The position numbers and the translations under genes were made by a program. A stretch of DNA of 64,000 nucleotides, taken from Syncephalis fuscata S228. Its lineage: Eukaryota; Fungi; Zoopagomycota. Of this stretch, positions 46,076 to 60,102 are shown in pieces. How positions within the stretch are numbered: the first letter of the stretch is position 1; the number at the start of each line of letters is the position of its first letter. The notes under the pieces are model-generated. The model had not been told where the DNA came from. It made no database searches and saw only the letters and a program-made list of their open reading frames with translations. The DNA lies in assembly GCA_025786725.1 (NCBI GenBank), contig JAHLTZ010000027.1, positions 248,001 to 312,000 on the forward strand, read 5' to 3'.

Positions 46076-47055
46076 ATGAGTGACAGCAATAATAGTGGCT
46101 ATGACCATTTGTTTAAGTTTCTACTGATTGGTGACTCGGGTAAGTTACTGAGCTTTAAAAGCAGTGCCGCTCTGTATTTAAACCAACTATTCCGCTAGGT
46201 GTCGGGAAAAGTTGTTTATTACTACGTTTTACCGACGACTCGTTCACGCCCTCCTTTATAACTACGGTGGGCATTGATTTTAAAGTGCGTACTATTCAAT
46301 TGTACGGTAGACGCATTAAACTACAGGTAAGTTCATTATGCATATAAAAAGGGTCTATTAAAATGCCGTGTAACAGATTTGGGATACCGCTGGTCAAGAG
46401 CGATATCGTAATATTACTACAGGTAAAGATAACTAGCATTAGTATATATATATAATACAACTACTAACACATTCTAATTAGCTTATTATCGAAATGCTAT
46501 GGGTGTAATTATTGTATATGATATTACAGATAAGCAATCATTTCACAGTATCCTTTTTATTTATCAAAAATAGTATTTAGTAAAGAGCATATACTTGACT
46601 CTATTGGATAATAGATGTATCCGATTGGATTAAACAAGTTGATGAACATGCCAATGAAGCAGTCAATAAACTTATTGTAGGCAATAAATGCGATCAAGAA
46701 GCAAACCGAGTAAGTCAAGATGAACAGTCTAATGACTACAGTGTCTTACAACAAGTGTATATAGGTGGTTACTGTTGAACAAGGACAAGCATTAGCAGCT
46801 GAACATGGAGTCCAATTTATGGAAACAAGTGCCAAAGCAAACAACAACGTTGATGATGCATTCTACGCACTGGCAAAGTAAGTAGTTTATATAAATGTAT
46901 AAGGTGAACTAACACCATAACTTTATACGTCTAGATTGGTGAAAAAACGAGTTGTCGATGCAGAAGAGACACGTGCTGCTGCACGCGCCAATGACCATGT
47001 ATCGCTTAACCAGAACAAGAACACAGATGAAGGCAATCAATGGGGCTGTTGTTAA
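46076..47055 (+). CDS. Rab GTPase, Sec4/Ypt2/Rab8 group
   Basis: [46 protein letters not shown]-terminal GCC*. Confidence 0.95.
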
Positions 47056-47137
47056 TCGTTTATTTCTACTATAGCATTTCTACTATGATAATCGAATATA
47101 AGATGATGTTTATTGCAGTAGACATTACACGGTATAT

Positions 47138-48188
47138 TTATCCCATTGAATGTTGACATCTTCATCGGTTTCAATTCCCATTTCCTCCTATATTAAATAA
47201 TAAGTATAGTGATTAAGACAATAATTGTGTAAATAACTTGCCAAAAGAGCTTTTGGCTTTCCGGGATGATGTTCTGTAATAGCTAAGAAAATATCTTGAA
47301 ACTAGCGATAAATACGTAAATGAGTACGGTGTTATGGCAATGTTCTAAAAGTAAACTTGCCAACTTCTTACGGCCCTTCCATAAAGCACGATACTTTTCG
47401 TAATTTGTATCAATTTGTTTACGCTCTTTGGGATCTATTAATGTACCACCTTCACGTAGTTTAGCTAATTTCTGGGCCATTTGTTCATTCTAATAATGAT
47501 ACGGTGGAGTAAGAGCTATGTCAATGTTATTACAATGGTATGCTTACTGATGCTGTTAGTTCTTTAAAACGACGTTCAGCATCTTCAGTGGTGATAGCGC
47601 CGGTTAAACCTTGAAGAGCTATATAACCGATTAAAGTTATTATACATTGACATTGTATTCAATTACCGGTAGATTGTTGTTTTGTTTGTTGTGCTAATGT
47701 TGCTACTTCTTTTTTATACGTTTCAATTTGTCCATCCATAGCGTGTAATGCTTCGGGAGATGGTATTTCTTTATTGTTCTAATATATTAATAAAATCGAT
47801 TAATAATAATAATAATGGTAGTAATTTGCTGTATTAACTACTTACCTGTGATACAAAGTATATTTGTTGTTTGCCATAAGTTTTGCAAATAATCTGTCCT
47901 TGTTCTGCTAATTGAGTCAGAATCTTTTGAGCAGTAGTTTTAGATATTGCATTGTGTAGGTTGCTACTAATATCGCCTATATCATTACAGTGTTAATACT
48001 TGCAACTATCTGTATTTAATATAATCTACCTGCACTATAGGGACGGTTCATACGGCAAGATACGCTAATACTTGGTCTTCACCTAATAAGCAATAATACA
48101 TCTAAAGTTATAGACATTTATGTAATCTATAACACTATTGGTCACCTTCATTGGCCGGTTCCTCGGCACGCTTTCTTTTGGGTGGCAT
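47138..48188 (-). CDS. HOP2: Meiotic homologous-pairing protein Hop2/TBPIP (apparent 1-nt frameshift near 48057)
   Basis: MNRPYSA.DISSNLH, KTYGKQQIYF, coiled coil, WKGRKKL, EEMGIETDED; includes GC-donor introns. Confidence 0.9.
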
Positions 48189-48441
48189 GTTTACTATAAC
48201 TATGGTTGTTATACTAATATTGTTCAAATGAATTTAGAAGAACGCGTAAAATGAATTTGCTCGGTAAAAAAAAGTGTTAATATTTTTATAAGTACGCGTG
48301 TTACGCTCGATTGTGATTTAATTAATGAGTCAATCTGATTTAATCCAATAAATGCTATTCAATCGATTCATCTCTCTCTCTCTCTTTCTCTTGTATCGAC
48401 ACTCTTTCTTTCTTTTGTTCGTTCGTTCTTTTCTTTACATC

Positions 48442-49797
48442 ATGAGTGATAATTCATTTGAAACATGGGGCAATCCTGCGAATATGAACCTCAATGAGGT
48501 GCTATTTGTCAATATACAGTCATCTCCCTATTTCAAATCGTTATAGTAAGTAGAATATCTTGTGTGTAATACATAGATTGTATAGATCGTATAGATTAAG
48601 CGCTAATACTAATCAAAACTATGTCTATTAACTACATAGTCAAAAAAAGACTTATCATGAAGTTATCGATGAGATCTATAATAACGGTAGGTGATATTAT
48701 GGTAGTAATAGTACATATATATTAACTATAGCCGTAGTGGAAACATTAGGTGCGTGTCTATCTCTGGTCATGGCTATCCTTTGAATAGGCAGTCTAGTTT
48801 AGAGTGTGAGAATATTTGTAGCTCTAGAGCTGCAATATTGAACTAAATTACATTACTAATGAATTGCTTTTATGTATATCTATGCATTAAATCAATAGAG
48901 CCATTTATGAAAGGGACAACACCAAGTTCTGCGTTTTGTCTATTATACAAGTTATGGACGCTGCGTCTTACTGTGAAGCAGGTTAGCGGTATGCTTAATC
49001 ATACAGACTCACCGTAAGCTAGATAGGTGTATCTAATGAATATAGATATAGTAACACTGTTAACTAGTTATATCCGGGGCATTGGCTGTCTATATATTCG
49101 TTATATTGCTAAACCAAGTACTATGTGGGATTGGCTGGTTGATTATTTGGATGATGAAGAAGAATTGCAAGTTAAAAGCGGTAATCAAGCACAAACAATG
49201 TGGGTGGAGTTTACAGTTTATATTACAGTTAATTAATGCTATTATATTATGTATAGGACTATTGGTACTTTAAGTAGAAATCTATTGACCCAACAGAAAT
49301 GGTGTGGCACTATGTTACCACGTATTCCTGTACCTGTAGCACGTGATATTACTGAGAAATTGACAGCCTATGATGCTGAATATCACCCAGCAACTGAACA
49401 GAAAGGTAGTTCGTCTAATTATACGGCAGGACCAACACGTAAAGACAATTACGCAGCAAAAAAGAACTATAATACGTATGAAAATCGTGAAACGGATCGA
49501 CGACGACCAACACGTTCACGTTCTCCTAATTACCGTCAACAATCAGCTCAACATCGTCCATATTACGATAGAGATGGTGATAAAGATCGATCGTATCGTG
49601 ATACTAGAGATGAAGGCGATAGTCGCGACGAGTATCGTAAACGAAATGATTATAGTCATCGCGATACAAAATATCGGCCTCGAAATGAGGATTATCGATC
49701 CAATGATCGTTATCGTGACCGCGACAATTATCGTCGTGATTATCGTGAACGTAGTCCTACGCGTGGCCGTAACGATCATCGACAGAATCGTTATTAG
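48442..49797 (+). CDS. Pre-mRNA splicing factor PRP38B-like with an RD/RS-rich tail
   Basis: WGNPANMNLN, IQSSPYFK, PSSAFCLLYKLWTLRLTVKQ, HTDSPYIRGIGCLYIRY, TMLPRIPVP; includes a 12-nt exon at 48738-48749. Confidence 0.92.
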
Positions 49798-50171
49798 ATT
49801 GAGGTATAGGATTGGTTAATAAAAGAGCTTTTTATTTAAGTTTGTTATAGTAATCTTTAATTAATTGAATGAAATGTATTTTATACAAAAAATATATTAA
49901 TATTGGAATGTTTTGATAGATAAACACATTTAAACGTCTTAACAATTTGTAAATAAGTATCAATCGTTGATTATTACGCAACTTGTAATAATGACGATTG
50001 TGATAGGTTCAAGTGGAAATGGAATAAATTATTTGCCATATTTGTTTAACGTCATTACCGGTTACGTTGTCGCCTATTTAATGACGATATTGCCATCTTT
50101 ATCCACCCATTTTGCGTCTTTGTGCTCATTACTCGTTGACTACTTAGCAAAACGTTAATACCAACTACAAT

Positions 50172-51510
50172 ATGCCTTCAGAGGTTATTATCGATACGGA
50201 TCCCGGTGTGGACGACGCTATGGCCATACTTTATGCCTTAAACTCGCCTGATCTTATTGTACGGGCTTTTGTAACAGTTCATGGCAATTCGTCAGTTAAA
50301 AGCTCAACGCGTAACCTTGCCACACTACTCGACGTTTTGCAACAACACCGCAGTGCTAGTGGTATTGGCAATGATGACTGGCATCGTCCGGTAGTAGCCG
50401 TTGGTAAGTTATACAGTCAGCGTATCTATGTAGCCACTAATTAGTCGTATTATGACTATTAGGCGCGGAGTCACCGCTTAAAGTACTTCGACATGATGCA
50501 GAATTTTTCCACGGTGCCGATGGATTAGGCGGTATCCATGATAGTCATCCACATTGGACGTGTGATTTGCCCTCATCTTCGAAAGAGCCTCATACTCTGT
50601 ATGATATTAGTGAGCGTGATGGACCCGAGGAGATTCTGCATCAACTTCGAACACAACCCGCCGATACCATTACACTTATTGGTATTGGTCCATTAACCAA
50701 CTTTGCGCTGGCTATTCAACGCGATGCAAAGACATTTGCACGAGCACGTCGGGTCATTTGTCTAGGTGGTGCACTACTCGTACCAGGCAATGTGATACCT
50801 ACAGCAGAGTTTAACTTTTGGGCTGATCCTCATGCGGCCGAAATTGTTTTACAGCAAACCTCGTTGGACAAGCCAACGATGAGCGTTTAGAAGTTGTCAT
50901 TCTGCCCACAGATGGTAAGTAGTAAAACAAATATTTGCTTATTATTAATTTACTATTATTATTACTATCATTACTATTATAGTATTTTGCAGTGCCAAGT
51001 TCCCTCGTACATTGCTCGATCATTGCTCGTCTAAATATGCTACAATTATTGGCCAGTTCTATGCGGCCATTTCACGTTATACTTATGAAGTGATGAAGAA
51101 GCGTGATATTGATTATTTGGAATAGTTGACGTTACAGCGATTCAATTGGCCATTGATTTGGCCAAACATCCTGAACAAACACTTGAAGCATGTGGTCAAT
51201 TTGGCTGGCAAATTAAGATTGAAGATATTCGAATGGAGACAGAGGGCCATTGGACGCGTGGTATGTGTGTATTGGACCGACGCCACGGAGATAGCCATGT
51301 TATCACTGCCGTGGAGGGATCTATGATAGCCGAAGCCGAAGCGATTATCAAAACGGCTAAAGAACCAACATCAGAAGATGCGCTACTGATCCACACTGGC
51401 TAGGTATGCCGGGTAAAACACGCGTTCATGCTTGCTACAAGATGGACGGTGATCGATGTGCTCAGGATGTAGTTTCACATGTTTTCGGACTTGCTTTACA
51501 CAGTTTGTAA
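50172..51510 (+). CDS. Inosine/uridine-preferring nucleoside hydrolase family protein (at least three apparent 1-nt frameshifts)
   Basis: DTDPGVDDAMA, FHGADGLG, IGPLTNFA, GNVIPTAEFNFWADPHAA, TRGMCVLDRR. Frame jumps near 50873, 51122 and 51398. Confidence 0.88.
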
Positions 51511-51649
51511 ACAATTAATAAATAGCACAATAAGTGTTTTCTTTGTTATCATTGAAGTAAATAGTTAGATAAATGTTAATTACTAAATACTATGCGTCAA
51601 TATTTACAAGTGGATACAAATTTCATTAATGGTTCATAATAATAAAGTT

Positions 51650-51800
51650 TAAAATACTCAGCATTATAGATTTATTATTCAGTATACATATATCATTATG
51701 TTGTATATCCAGACCACTATATATCAGTTTATTCTTTATATGTTCCAATACACTTCACTCATTCCACCCATTGCCTTGTATACACCATGACTTGATACAA
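51650..51800 (+). mobile_element. Degenerate fragment of the 57399-58238 element
   Basis: aaatactca..attatagatt.attattcagtatacata and tttatatgttcca.taca.ttcact.attccacc match 57468-57665. Confidence 0.6.
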
Positions 51801-54583
51801 CTATCCAAGCCTTTATTATTGTATATTCATTCTACTGTAGATCATTCTATCGTTTACTGATTACATAAGATTAATAAATATCATTTATTTATTGCCAGCT
51901 GTATCTGTTATAAATTGCAATTTATTGTGCTCACTTAGCCACGCAAACTATAATTTTACTAGCATTATTCATGCATTGTCCTTTTGCTCATTCATTCATG
52001 ACATTTCACGTTTTACTATAAAATTGCTTTTCATAATTAATTATATTATTCGTAAATTTCAAATTGATTCACTTTGTCATATACATACATTATACTTTAT
52101 CATCAATATCCATGCACTTTCTTTGACTATTAACTGAGTTTACCTCATTTTATTAGCTTACAGCCAAGTATACGATATAAATAGAAAATAAAGACAAAAA
52201 GCAGCGAGTCTACAACAACGGCTATATCAGATTGTGAAATAGTCAATGGTTTGCTAGTTAGTACAGTTTATGCACACCAATATCGTATCTATAATTACAA
52301 AATAGTAAACATTTGTCAATGTATGTTATTTAGTATTGGCAGCTAATTAACAAAGTTTAGTATTATTTAACTTTGTAATGATCATCATATTAGCTTGTTG
52401 ATAAATCTAAATAAACATCTAGCAAAATTCAACATAGCTTAAACGCAATCATAATAGAATGCAATGCTAAACAGTGTTTATTTGATATGTTGATGGCCTA
52501 AACTCCCACCCATCAGCGTCGGTCTATACGGTCTTCAGCTATCATAATCAAGATGTGCCGTGGCTGCTGTTTTACCATTGCTTATAACACAAACAATATC
52601 AGAAACTACTCAGTCAGGCGACATACATGACTAGATAAACAAAACGAACAACCAACAACGCTGAGCCCATACCCACGTCTAGGCCATCTACACACAAACA
52701 AGAAATCTAGAGTGCAATAACAGCAGTGCAATAGCACACTGTTGCGCTATTATACAGCCAACACAACCACATCGCCATTTTTACACAGTTAAAGATAACA
52801 ATTTAGATGGCACAAACAGTATAGCATCTTAAACCAAAGTTGTGCCAATTAAGGTGCTTTAACTGCCAAAACAACAATGCCATTATGACAACTGCTTAAC
52901 ATCACCTACAAGCAAGGAATAGTGATATGTATATACACACACCTGAGTGTACATACAAGCACCACCATACAATACACATAGTGGACTACAGCATAAATTA
53001 GGTTGCTTTAACACAGGGCTGCCGATCGGCGCACTGTGGTCGAGCCGGCTACTTCCCTCATTTAGACAAGTAAAGTATGCCGAGCAGTTGTATATTGTAT
53101 GGCTTCACAAGCAAGCAGTTACAGTGCGTCATATAAAGCTATGCATTCCACTAAACATTGTAAGTTACGAACATATGAAATAGTAGAATGCACCTGCCAA
53201 TTAGTTAAAGAACAAATGTAAAATCAAAAGGCGTAATTAAGATTACGTGTTTTAATGGGGAATGTGTTATGTAGGCAGATGTGTGTACGTTTAGCGCAGA
53301 AGCGAGCACTCAGCATTATCCAATGGATTGAATCCATTAAGCAGAGTGAAAAAAAGAAACAGAATAGGCCAGCTTAAAGAAAGGCGTGTTATGCAATGGT
53401 GTGTAACATAAATGCATATTCAGTAAGGGCGAATATCATTGCAAGGCAAAGAACTATTTGTTTAATTGGACAGTGCGATGATTCAGTAAAAATAAAAATG
53501 GTTGAATACGGATTATTGCGTTACCAATATACCAATCTAATGTAGATAAACAAATAATGGTGATTTACTTATCTATCGCGGTAATACAATTACGAAATAG
53601 TCTGAACTTGTTTCATTGCTTTCTTCGATGGATATGCACGTCAGTGCTAATAAAAAATGCAAGCTAGTGAAAAAAGGTGCACATAAAAATAGGCATATTA
53701 CCATTTCAAGATTGCAGTCTTGTTTAAATCATCATCAGTTGATGGAATATGTCTAAGCAAATTACAATTAAATAAGATATGCATGCTATTAATCAATGTT
53801 GAAATAACATCCGTTGAAATAAAAGGCTTTAAACTAAATTTTTAAATACCTTTGCTAAAAATGATCTACAAGTATGTACAGTAAGCTATACATTCAAGCC
53901 TTAGCTATAAAACAAACGTTTTTATAAAGCCAATTTATTTGGTATTCTCATGCATGTTACACGGTGTCATTAGCATCAATCATTAGCACTTGGCTACTTT
54001 CCTATACAACTTGCTATATTATAGTAACTACATACAGCTAACAAATATTATATGCTATTTGAATACGTAGTTATAATTTATTTATTTCAGTAGCATCCAT
54101 ATTGCCAGATATTTTTGCATAAACTTTATTAAAATATGCCCACTATTTGCGTATGAATGTCGGCCAAACTAACTCTCAAAATGCTTACTCTGTGCTACTA
54201 CGTGTGTGCACAGTGCATTTCCCAATCGGTAATGGCGGTTTCAGCAGCACATCGTTCAAGCTTGACAATCAGCTGTACTCATTGATTTGTTGTACAATTG
54301 CTAGCCAATTGGTCATGTACTGACATATGATTAATAAACAACCAAATGTTTAGAAACACATTCATAGCGCAATTAGCCATGTCGTAATGGTGCTGTTTCA
54401 AATGTACTATGACACATCGCCCATGCTTGTTAGCCTATTTATTAAATAAATATATGAGTCGTTCAATATAGTATTCGCGTAATGGACCTTTTCTAAAAGC
54501 TTTATATCATTATTTGATACGTGTGTTTTGATTTTATCTTGCAGTATTATAACATTTCTTAAATATCTAAGTTTATATACATC

Positions 54584-57271
54584 ATGGACAGCCCAAACAA
54601 TCCATTTAGCTGTATCAATGCTGCTTCGTCTATAAATAATTTTCCTTGTATCTCATTGCCTCCTCCCGCTTCGCCATTTGTAGCTGAACCTGTTACATAC
54701 TCTGCTACTGAAGATATTTCTTATGAATTATCTTCAGCGGTCCAAGTAACAAACACAGCCTATGTGCCCGCTCTTGCCTCGCCATTCGTTACGCCTAATA
54801 ACTCTGTAGGAAGCATATATGAAAAGCTTCCTACAGCATGGGCAACATTGAGCGAGGCAGAGCGGGCAGAGGTAGCGGGATGGATTGAAGTTGTTGATGA
54901 CAAAAATACAGGTAAGTAAATATATCATTAATAAGCAATTGACATAACCATCTATTTAAAGAACATCTTCTGAAACATGGAGAAATATTCAATGCTGGCC
55001 AAGTTATTTCCAGGTAAGTTATACAGCGTATAAAACTAGTACTTTACTATATAGTACTATATCATGATTTGTATTACATAACAAATATATACAAACCAAC
55101 AATAGCTGATTTAATTAAACATAATGCTAATGAACCATACCACACAACATTAATTAATACAATGATTTATTTGATTTAGCACAAGTGAAATTCAAAATAA
55201 TAAGCAAGCTAATTATTTCTCCATATTTATGGTAAGTAATATATGTCATTTTATTAGAATAGCAATAATAACTGCAATTACTATTTAGGAAAATAATGAG
55301 ATAACATTTAAAGTAAGTAACTGCTATAATAATCAATAGTAGTATTAAATATGTAATTAGAGTTTGATGAACGGAGAAATAATGGGTAAATAACAATTAT
55401 TATTAGCCATTACACAACACTGATAAAATGTTTAGTTAACGGCGCCAAAATCGAATCCGAAGCCACATGTGTGTTAAATAACAATAGCTTTATTCAGCTT
55501 TATAACCACAATGGTAAGCTCTATTAATTTATAAAAATCACTGCTAATCAGTTATTTTAGTATTTTATATTGTATATAAATTTGAAAAGCTGGAACTGAG
55601 AATTGGCGATCCAAGTCTCGATTTTGGCCTGGTAAGTTGGCAATATCTAAATATGATACTTTATAACAACCAACACAATTATAGGCCATTAACAATAAAT
55701 ATGCTGTGACAAGCCAGCTACTTGGACAGTAAGTGTGTATATCATTCAAACTGTATTATCTTTAACCTGAATGTAGTGGCACATACGGCGACGTGTTTTA
55801 TGGTGAAACACGCGACAACAAGACGCCCATTGCTGTCAAAATATGTGACAAAAAGAAGATTAAGGGAGCGACAGAGGATGACAGCGTGAATGAACTTGAA
55901 GAAGAAAATGCCATGGTTGCTGCTGCTCAGGGCCATCCAAATATTATCAAGCTAGTGAATACTCATCAAACAGAAGGGTATAACTACTTGATATTTGAGT
56001 ATGCAGCTGGCGGCGACCTGCTCAGCTATTGCAAATGCCATGGCCGGCTAGCTGAGCAGGAGGCCAAACACATATTCAAACAATTGTTAGAAGGAGTTAA
56101 GGTAAGCAGTAATTTTATTTAATAATGTTACTAACTTTGAATTAGCATCTTCATGCAAAAGATATTGTTCATCTTGGTAAGTTAAAATTAATATTATTTA
56201 TATAGCTAACAAAACTGCTATTACTATTATTTAGATATTAAGGTAATTAACTAAATGAATGTTTACATTCATTATTTCAATTCTAACCACACATTAGCCG
56301 GCAAATATTCTACTCAGAAAGCATGTCAAATATCCGTCCATTATAATTACGGATTTTGGTACAGCCCGTAAACTCAACTCAAAAAGCCTATGTTTGATAA
56401 TATACGTGGCAGCAATGGCTATATGGCACCAGATGTAATTCTTCGCTCCAATTTTAGAGGAGAAATAATTAAAAATGTAGTGCAAAACAATTCCAGCTTT
56501 AAGGATATATTGTATGGACCACAATTTCTTGAAAAAGGATATAAAAAAGAAGCGGACCTATGGAGCCTTGGTGCCACATTGTATTATATGCTTTCAAGTA
56601 AGTATTTGTAAATTTAGCAGCTTTGTTAATTTATTATTTTAATCAAGACAAACTTCCATACAAAGCTGATGATAGTAGTACAACTGAAGATTATATCATT
56701 AATATACTAAACAGTCCACTGAATTTTGGTGATAGCTGGGATGGAGTATCAGAAAAAGGTAAGTGTTTTATAAGATAATACTACATAAAAAACCAATTTT
56801 GATTTTTCTGTAGCACGCAATCTAATCTGCGGTCTTTTGGCTGTTGACCGCACATTGCGTTTAACGGCAAAACAAGCTTTGGAAAACGAATGGTTTACGG
56901 AATCACCAGAAAACCCCAGCGATTCAGAGTTGATTCAAGCGACATTAGAAGAAGAAGAAATAGTAGTAGTAGAAGCAGAGGCTGGCAAACAAGAAGTAGT
57001 AATAGAAGAAAAAGAACCGACCGAGAAGGAAGAAGAGATAATAACTAACAATGCTGAAGAGGAAGTATACAAAAATTCAACTGCATCAAACGCGGAAGAT
57101 GCAGTTCAAGAACACGCTGCTGTTCCTACAAATCAACACGGTATTAGACGGGCGCGTTCAACAAGTATGAGTAGCGACCAACGTCCAGTCAAGGTTTCCA
57201 AAAAATGTAGGTGTTTATTAAAATAATTTGATACATATGCTAATGGAATAATTACAGACAACATTTTGTAA
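54584..57271 (+). CDS. Chk2/Mek1/Dun1-like kinase with a degenerate FHA-like N-terminal region; many small exons
   Basis: Spliced model reads ...IMVNGAKIESEATCVLNNNSFIQL...LLGHGTYGDVF, IAVKI, HPNIIKL, VHL|DIK|PANILL, ITDFG, GSNGYMAPD, DLWSLG, LTAKQALENEWF, then an acidic tail. Confidence 0.85.
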
Positions 57272-57398
57272 CGATTTGTGTCATTCTATATTCATATATT
57301 AAATAAATATTGAAATTAGTACAACGCGATGCTTTTTATTTATATTATTTTTATGCTAATATTAAGTTATTTATTTATTATTAACATGATTTGGGATT

Positions 57399-58238
57399 AA
57401 ATGACTATTTTTAATAACATCCAATTTATTGAACATGATGATGGGTGGCGAGTGACATTAATCATTAAATACTCATCGTTGTAGATTCATTATCCAATAT
57501 GCATATATTCAGTATACATATATAGTATATGCACTTATATCATTCCCATTCTATCCACACTATCATATATCATTTTACGATATACTAGATATGCTTTATT
57601 GTTTATATGTTCCATTACATTTCACTTATTCCACCATTGCATTATATGCACTATAACTTCAACATTGTTTTATGTACTTTCTTACCGTACACTTTTCATT
57701 TTATTTATTATTCCATACTCATATAGCCATGCTCTATCCAAAACCATTTTGATTTTTGATTTTGATTTATTATTAATAAATTCAACTAATGTCGGTCATT
57801 TGCTCATGCATTTATACTCAATAACTTTAACTGCCAATATCGTTCAATATTGCATATTCATTATAATGTTTATCATTTTATTATACATTGGTCATACGCT
57901 GTCTATAGCCGTTGTCGGTATGGTTTCAACTATTTTATTAATAAACATTGACATATTGCACTTAGTTTGTTCACTGAGTTATATTGGTAGAACAAATAAT
58001 ATGAATATGAACGAAGTTATGTTTTATTAAGATTATTTATAATAAACTAGATCATGTCAACTAGTCATGAATTTAATGTTAATCAAGCAAATTGACGGAT
58101 ATAAATAGTAATAACACATACTGTGATGATATATGCATACTGGACAATAGACCTACAATGATGAGTATTTGATGATTGATGTCACTCACCACCCATCATT
58201 ATGTTTAATAAATTGGATGTTATTAAAAATAGTCATTT
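57399..58238. mobile_element. Non-autonomous MITE/foldback-like element with 108-bp terminal inverted repeats
   Basis: 57399-57506 is the reverse complement of 58131-58238 with 11 mismatches by eye. The interior is AT-rich and non-coding. Related fragments lie at ~7.1 kb and ~51.7 kb. No clear TSD. Confidence 0.78.
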
Positions 58239-58419
58239 GACCACCAAACAAAAGATAAATGTGATGATGTGATGATTAAACAGAGATTACCACTTAATTC
58301 CATGATTAACAGAACAATTGTGAGGTTCACGTAAGCGAATATTATTAAATTTAATAATTTGCAAATGGCTATGGTTTTCATTAATGAATAATGATAATAA
58401 AGCTTTATTTATTTTTTGT

Positions 58420-58933
58420 TTACAATCGAGCTTTATCACCATCTACTAAGATACAAGGACCGCCATATATAATGTTGAGCTGTGCTTCAGTGGCATATTG
58501 AATACATTCCTCGTTTTCTGCACCAGGTTGTAGCCAAAGATACGGTATACCTAATTCCTTGGCTTGTTTCAATACGGTCAGCGTCACTCGCGGCGGCGTA
58601 ATAACCGAAACAGCCGTATGAGTAGGCTCGGAAAGTGTTGTTAGATTGGCCAAGCAAGCAAGACCTTCTATTTCTTGTTCATTCTATATTTACGACAGTT
58701 TAAAATAGTTTAATATAGTTGTACCGTAATACTTACTGGATTAATTGGTACTACTGGTAAGTTGCGTTCTTGGTACCTAGAATAATTTAGCGATTGAATG
58801 ACTGTAGCAATGAAGTAGTGCGCTTAATAGCTTACCAGCGTAGCACTTTGTTTCCAAACTTTTCACGTGCTATACTAGCACCTACAACAGCGAATTGCTT
58901 TTGAAGCATGAATTTCTTTAGAAGATGAGGCAT
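58420..58933 (-). CDS. CoA-binding domain protein (YccU-like), 3 exons
   Basis: FAVVGASIAREKFGNKVLRWY, VVPINP, VSVITPP, LWLQPGAE, GPCILV. Confidence 0.92.
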
Positions 58934-59181
58934 AGTATAATAGTAGAGTAGAAATGGTAACAGTAATGGCAGCAGTAGTGGTGACAATCAGTTTATAAAC
59001 TGGTCACAGGAAACTATAAATCAATTATGATTATTTGTAATAAATAATAGTAGTAATAAATGTCATAATATTAATATTATTATATTCATCTAGTAGCTAT
59101 TGTTATTGCATGAAATACATGGCTCACCCGTTGACTTAAGGCGAGTCTTTTAAGTTTATTAAGATAATGTTAGTTATTTGT

Positions 59182-60102
59182 TTAGCGGCTTTGTTGGACT
59201 GATGGTCCAAAACTACACTCGGCCAAATGGCTGATCGTTTCAATAGGTGCGCCACGTCCCTGCCATAGATGGGGCATATCGATCTGTTCCTCATCGATTG
59301 ATCCTGCTGCTTGTCGTCGTGGTCGAACCCAGACGAGCCGACCAACAAACGTACGTACTAGGCGAATGGTTTCGAGATCTGCGTCGATATGAATTGCCGG
59401 TGTCAAATGCCGTACAATATGCGCTACTCCTTCAGACGTCTCGCAAAATACCACCTTGTGTTCATCGAGACATGCACCGCTTGATTGCTGATTCGTTTTA
59501 GCACTGGTATCCGTATTCTTAGCCGGCGCCAAAAGTCCAGCATCGCTTAGCATGCGCATCACTTCATCCTTTTCCTCAATCGTTGTTACCGGCATTATAA
59601 GATACAAATCATAATTGGCCGCATAATAGCGTAGCAAACTAACTGCATGCTGAAGAAATCCAAGCGTGGGTGTACTCGGATCTGGTGATGGATTCCAAAG
59701 AATAACCTACAATTTATCAAGTATTAGAGGATATTTGCGTGTCTTTAATTAACGGCAACATACATTACGTAAAGATATTGTCATGGCACGGCGGACGGCA
59801 TTTGCTGATTTACCTGACTGGTTCAAGTTATATTATAATATACAGGTTAATAAAACCGCTAAGCCAAGTCTTTCAACGATCTTGCTTACCCCGGAGCCGG
59901 CCGACAGGTTACCATTATTGGAACGGCGCCCATTACGCGCAACGTTTGGATCGTTATTGTTACTGTCACCTCCACCGCCAAACCATAGTCGACGGTATAA
60001 GTAGAATCCAATGGCTACAGCTGCTGTGGCCACAACCACGGTAGCTGCAATACCGCTATTATGTAAAGCAAGGCTTTGTGTTTGCTTTCGTCGGTTTGTC
60101 AT
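59182..60102 (-). CDS. Peroxin PEX22-like membrane protein
   Basis: N-terminal TM (AAVAIGFYLYRRLW), VILWNPSPDP, YDLYLI, HKVVFCETSEGVAHIVRHLTPAIHID. Confidence 0.7.

Noticed and set aside
49370-49819. Ile/Val-rich 149-aa ORF and its antisense partner
   Set aside because: Alternative-frame shadows of the Arg/Asp-rich PRP38 tail.
52140-54580. Possible hidden gene or second microexon array in a 2.4-kb intergenic stretch
   Set aside because: No periodic splice-site pattern, convincing ORF or recognisable motif found by eye.
57599-58030. 143-aa hydrophobic ORF inside the TIR element
   Set aside because: Non-ATG start, AT-rich compositional artefact, no transposase motifs.
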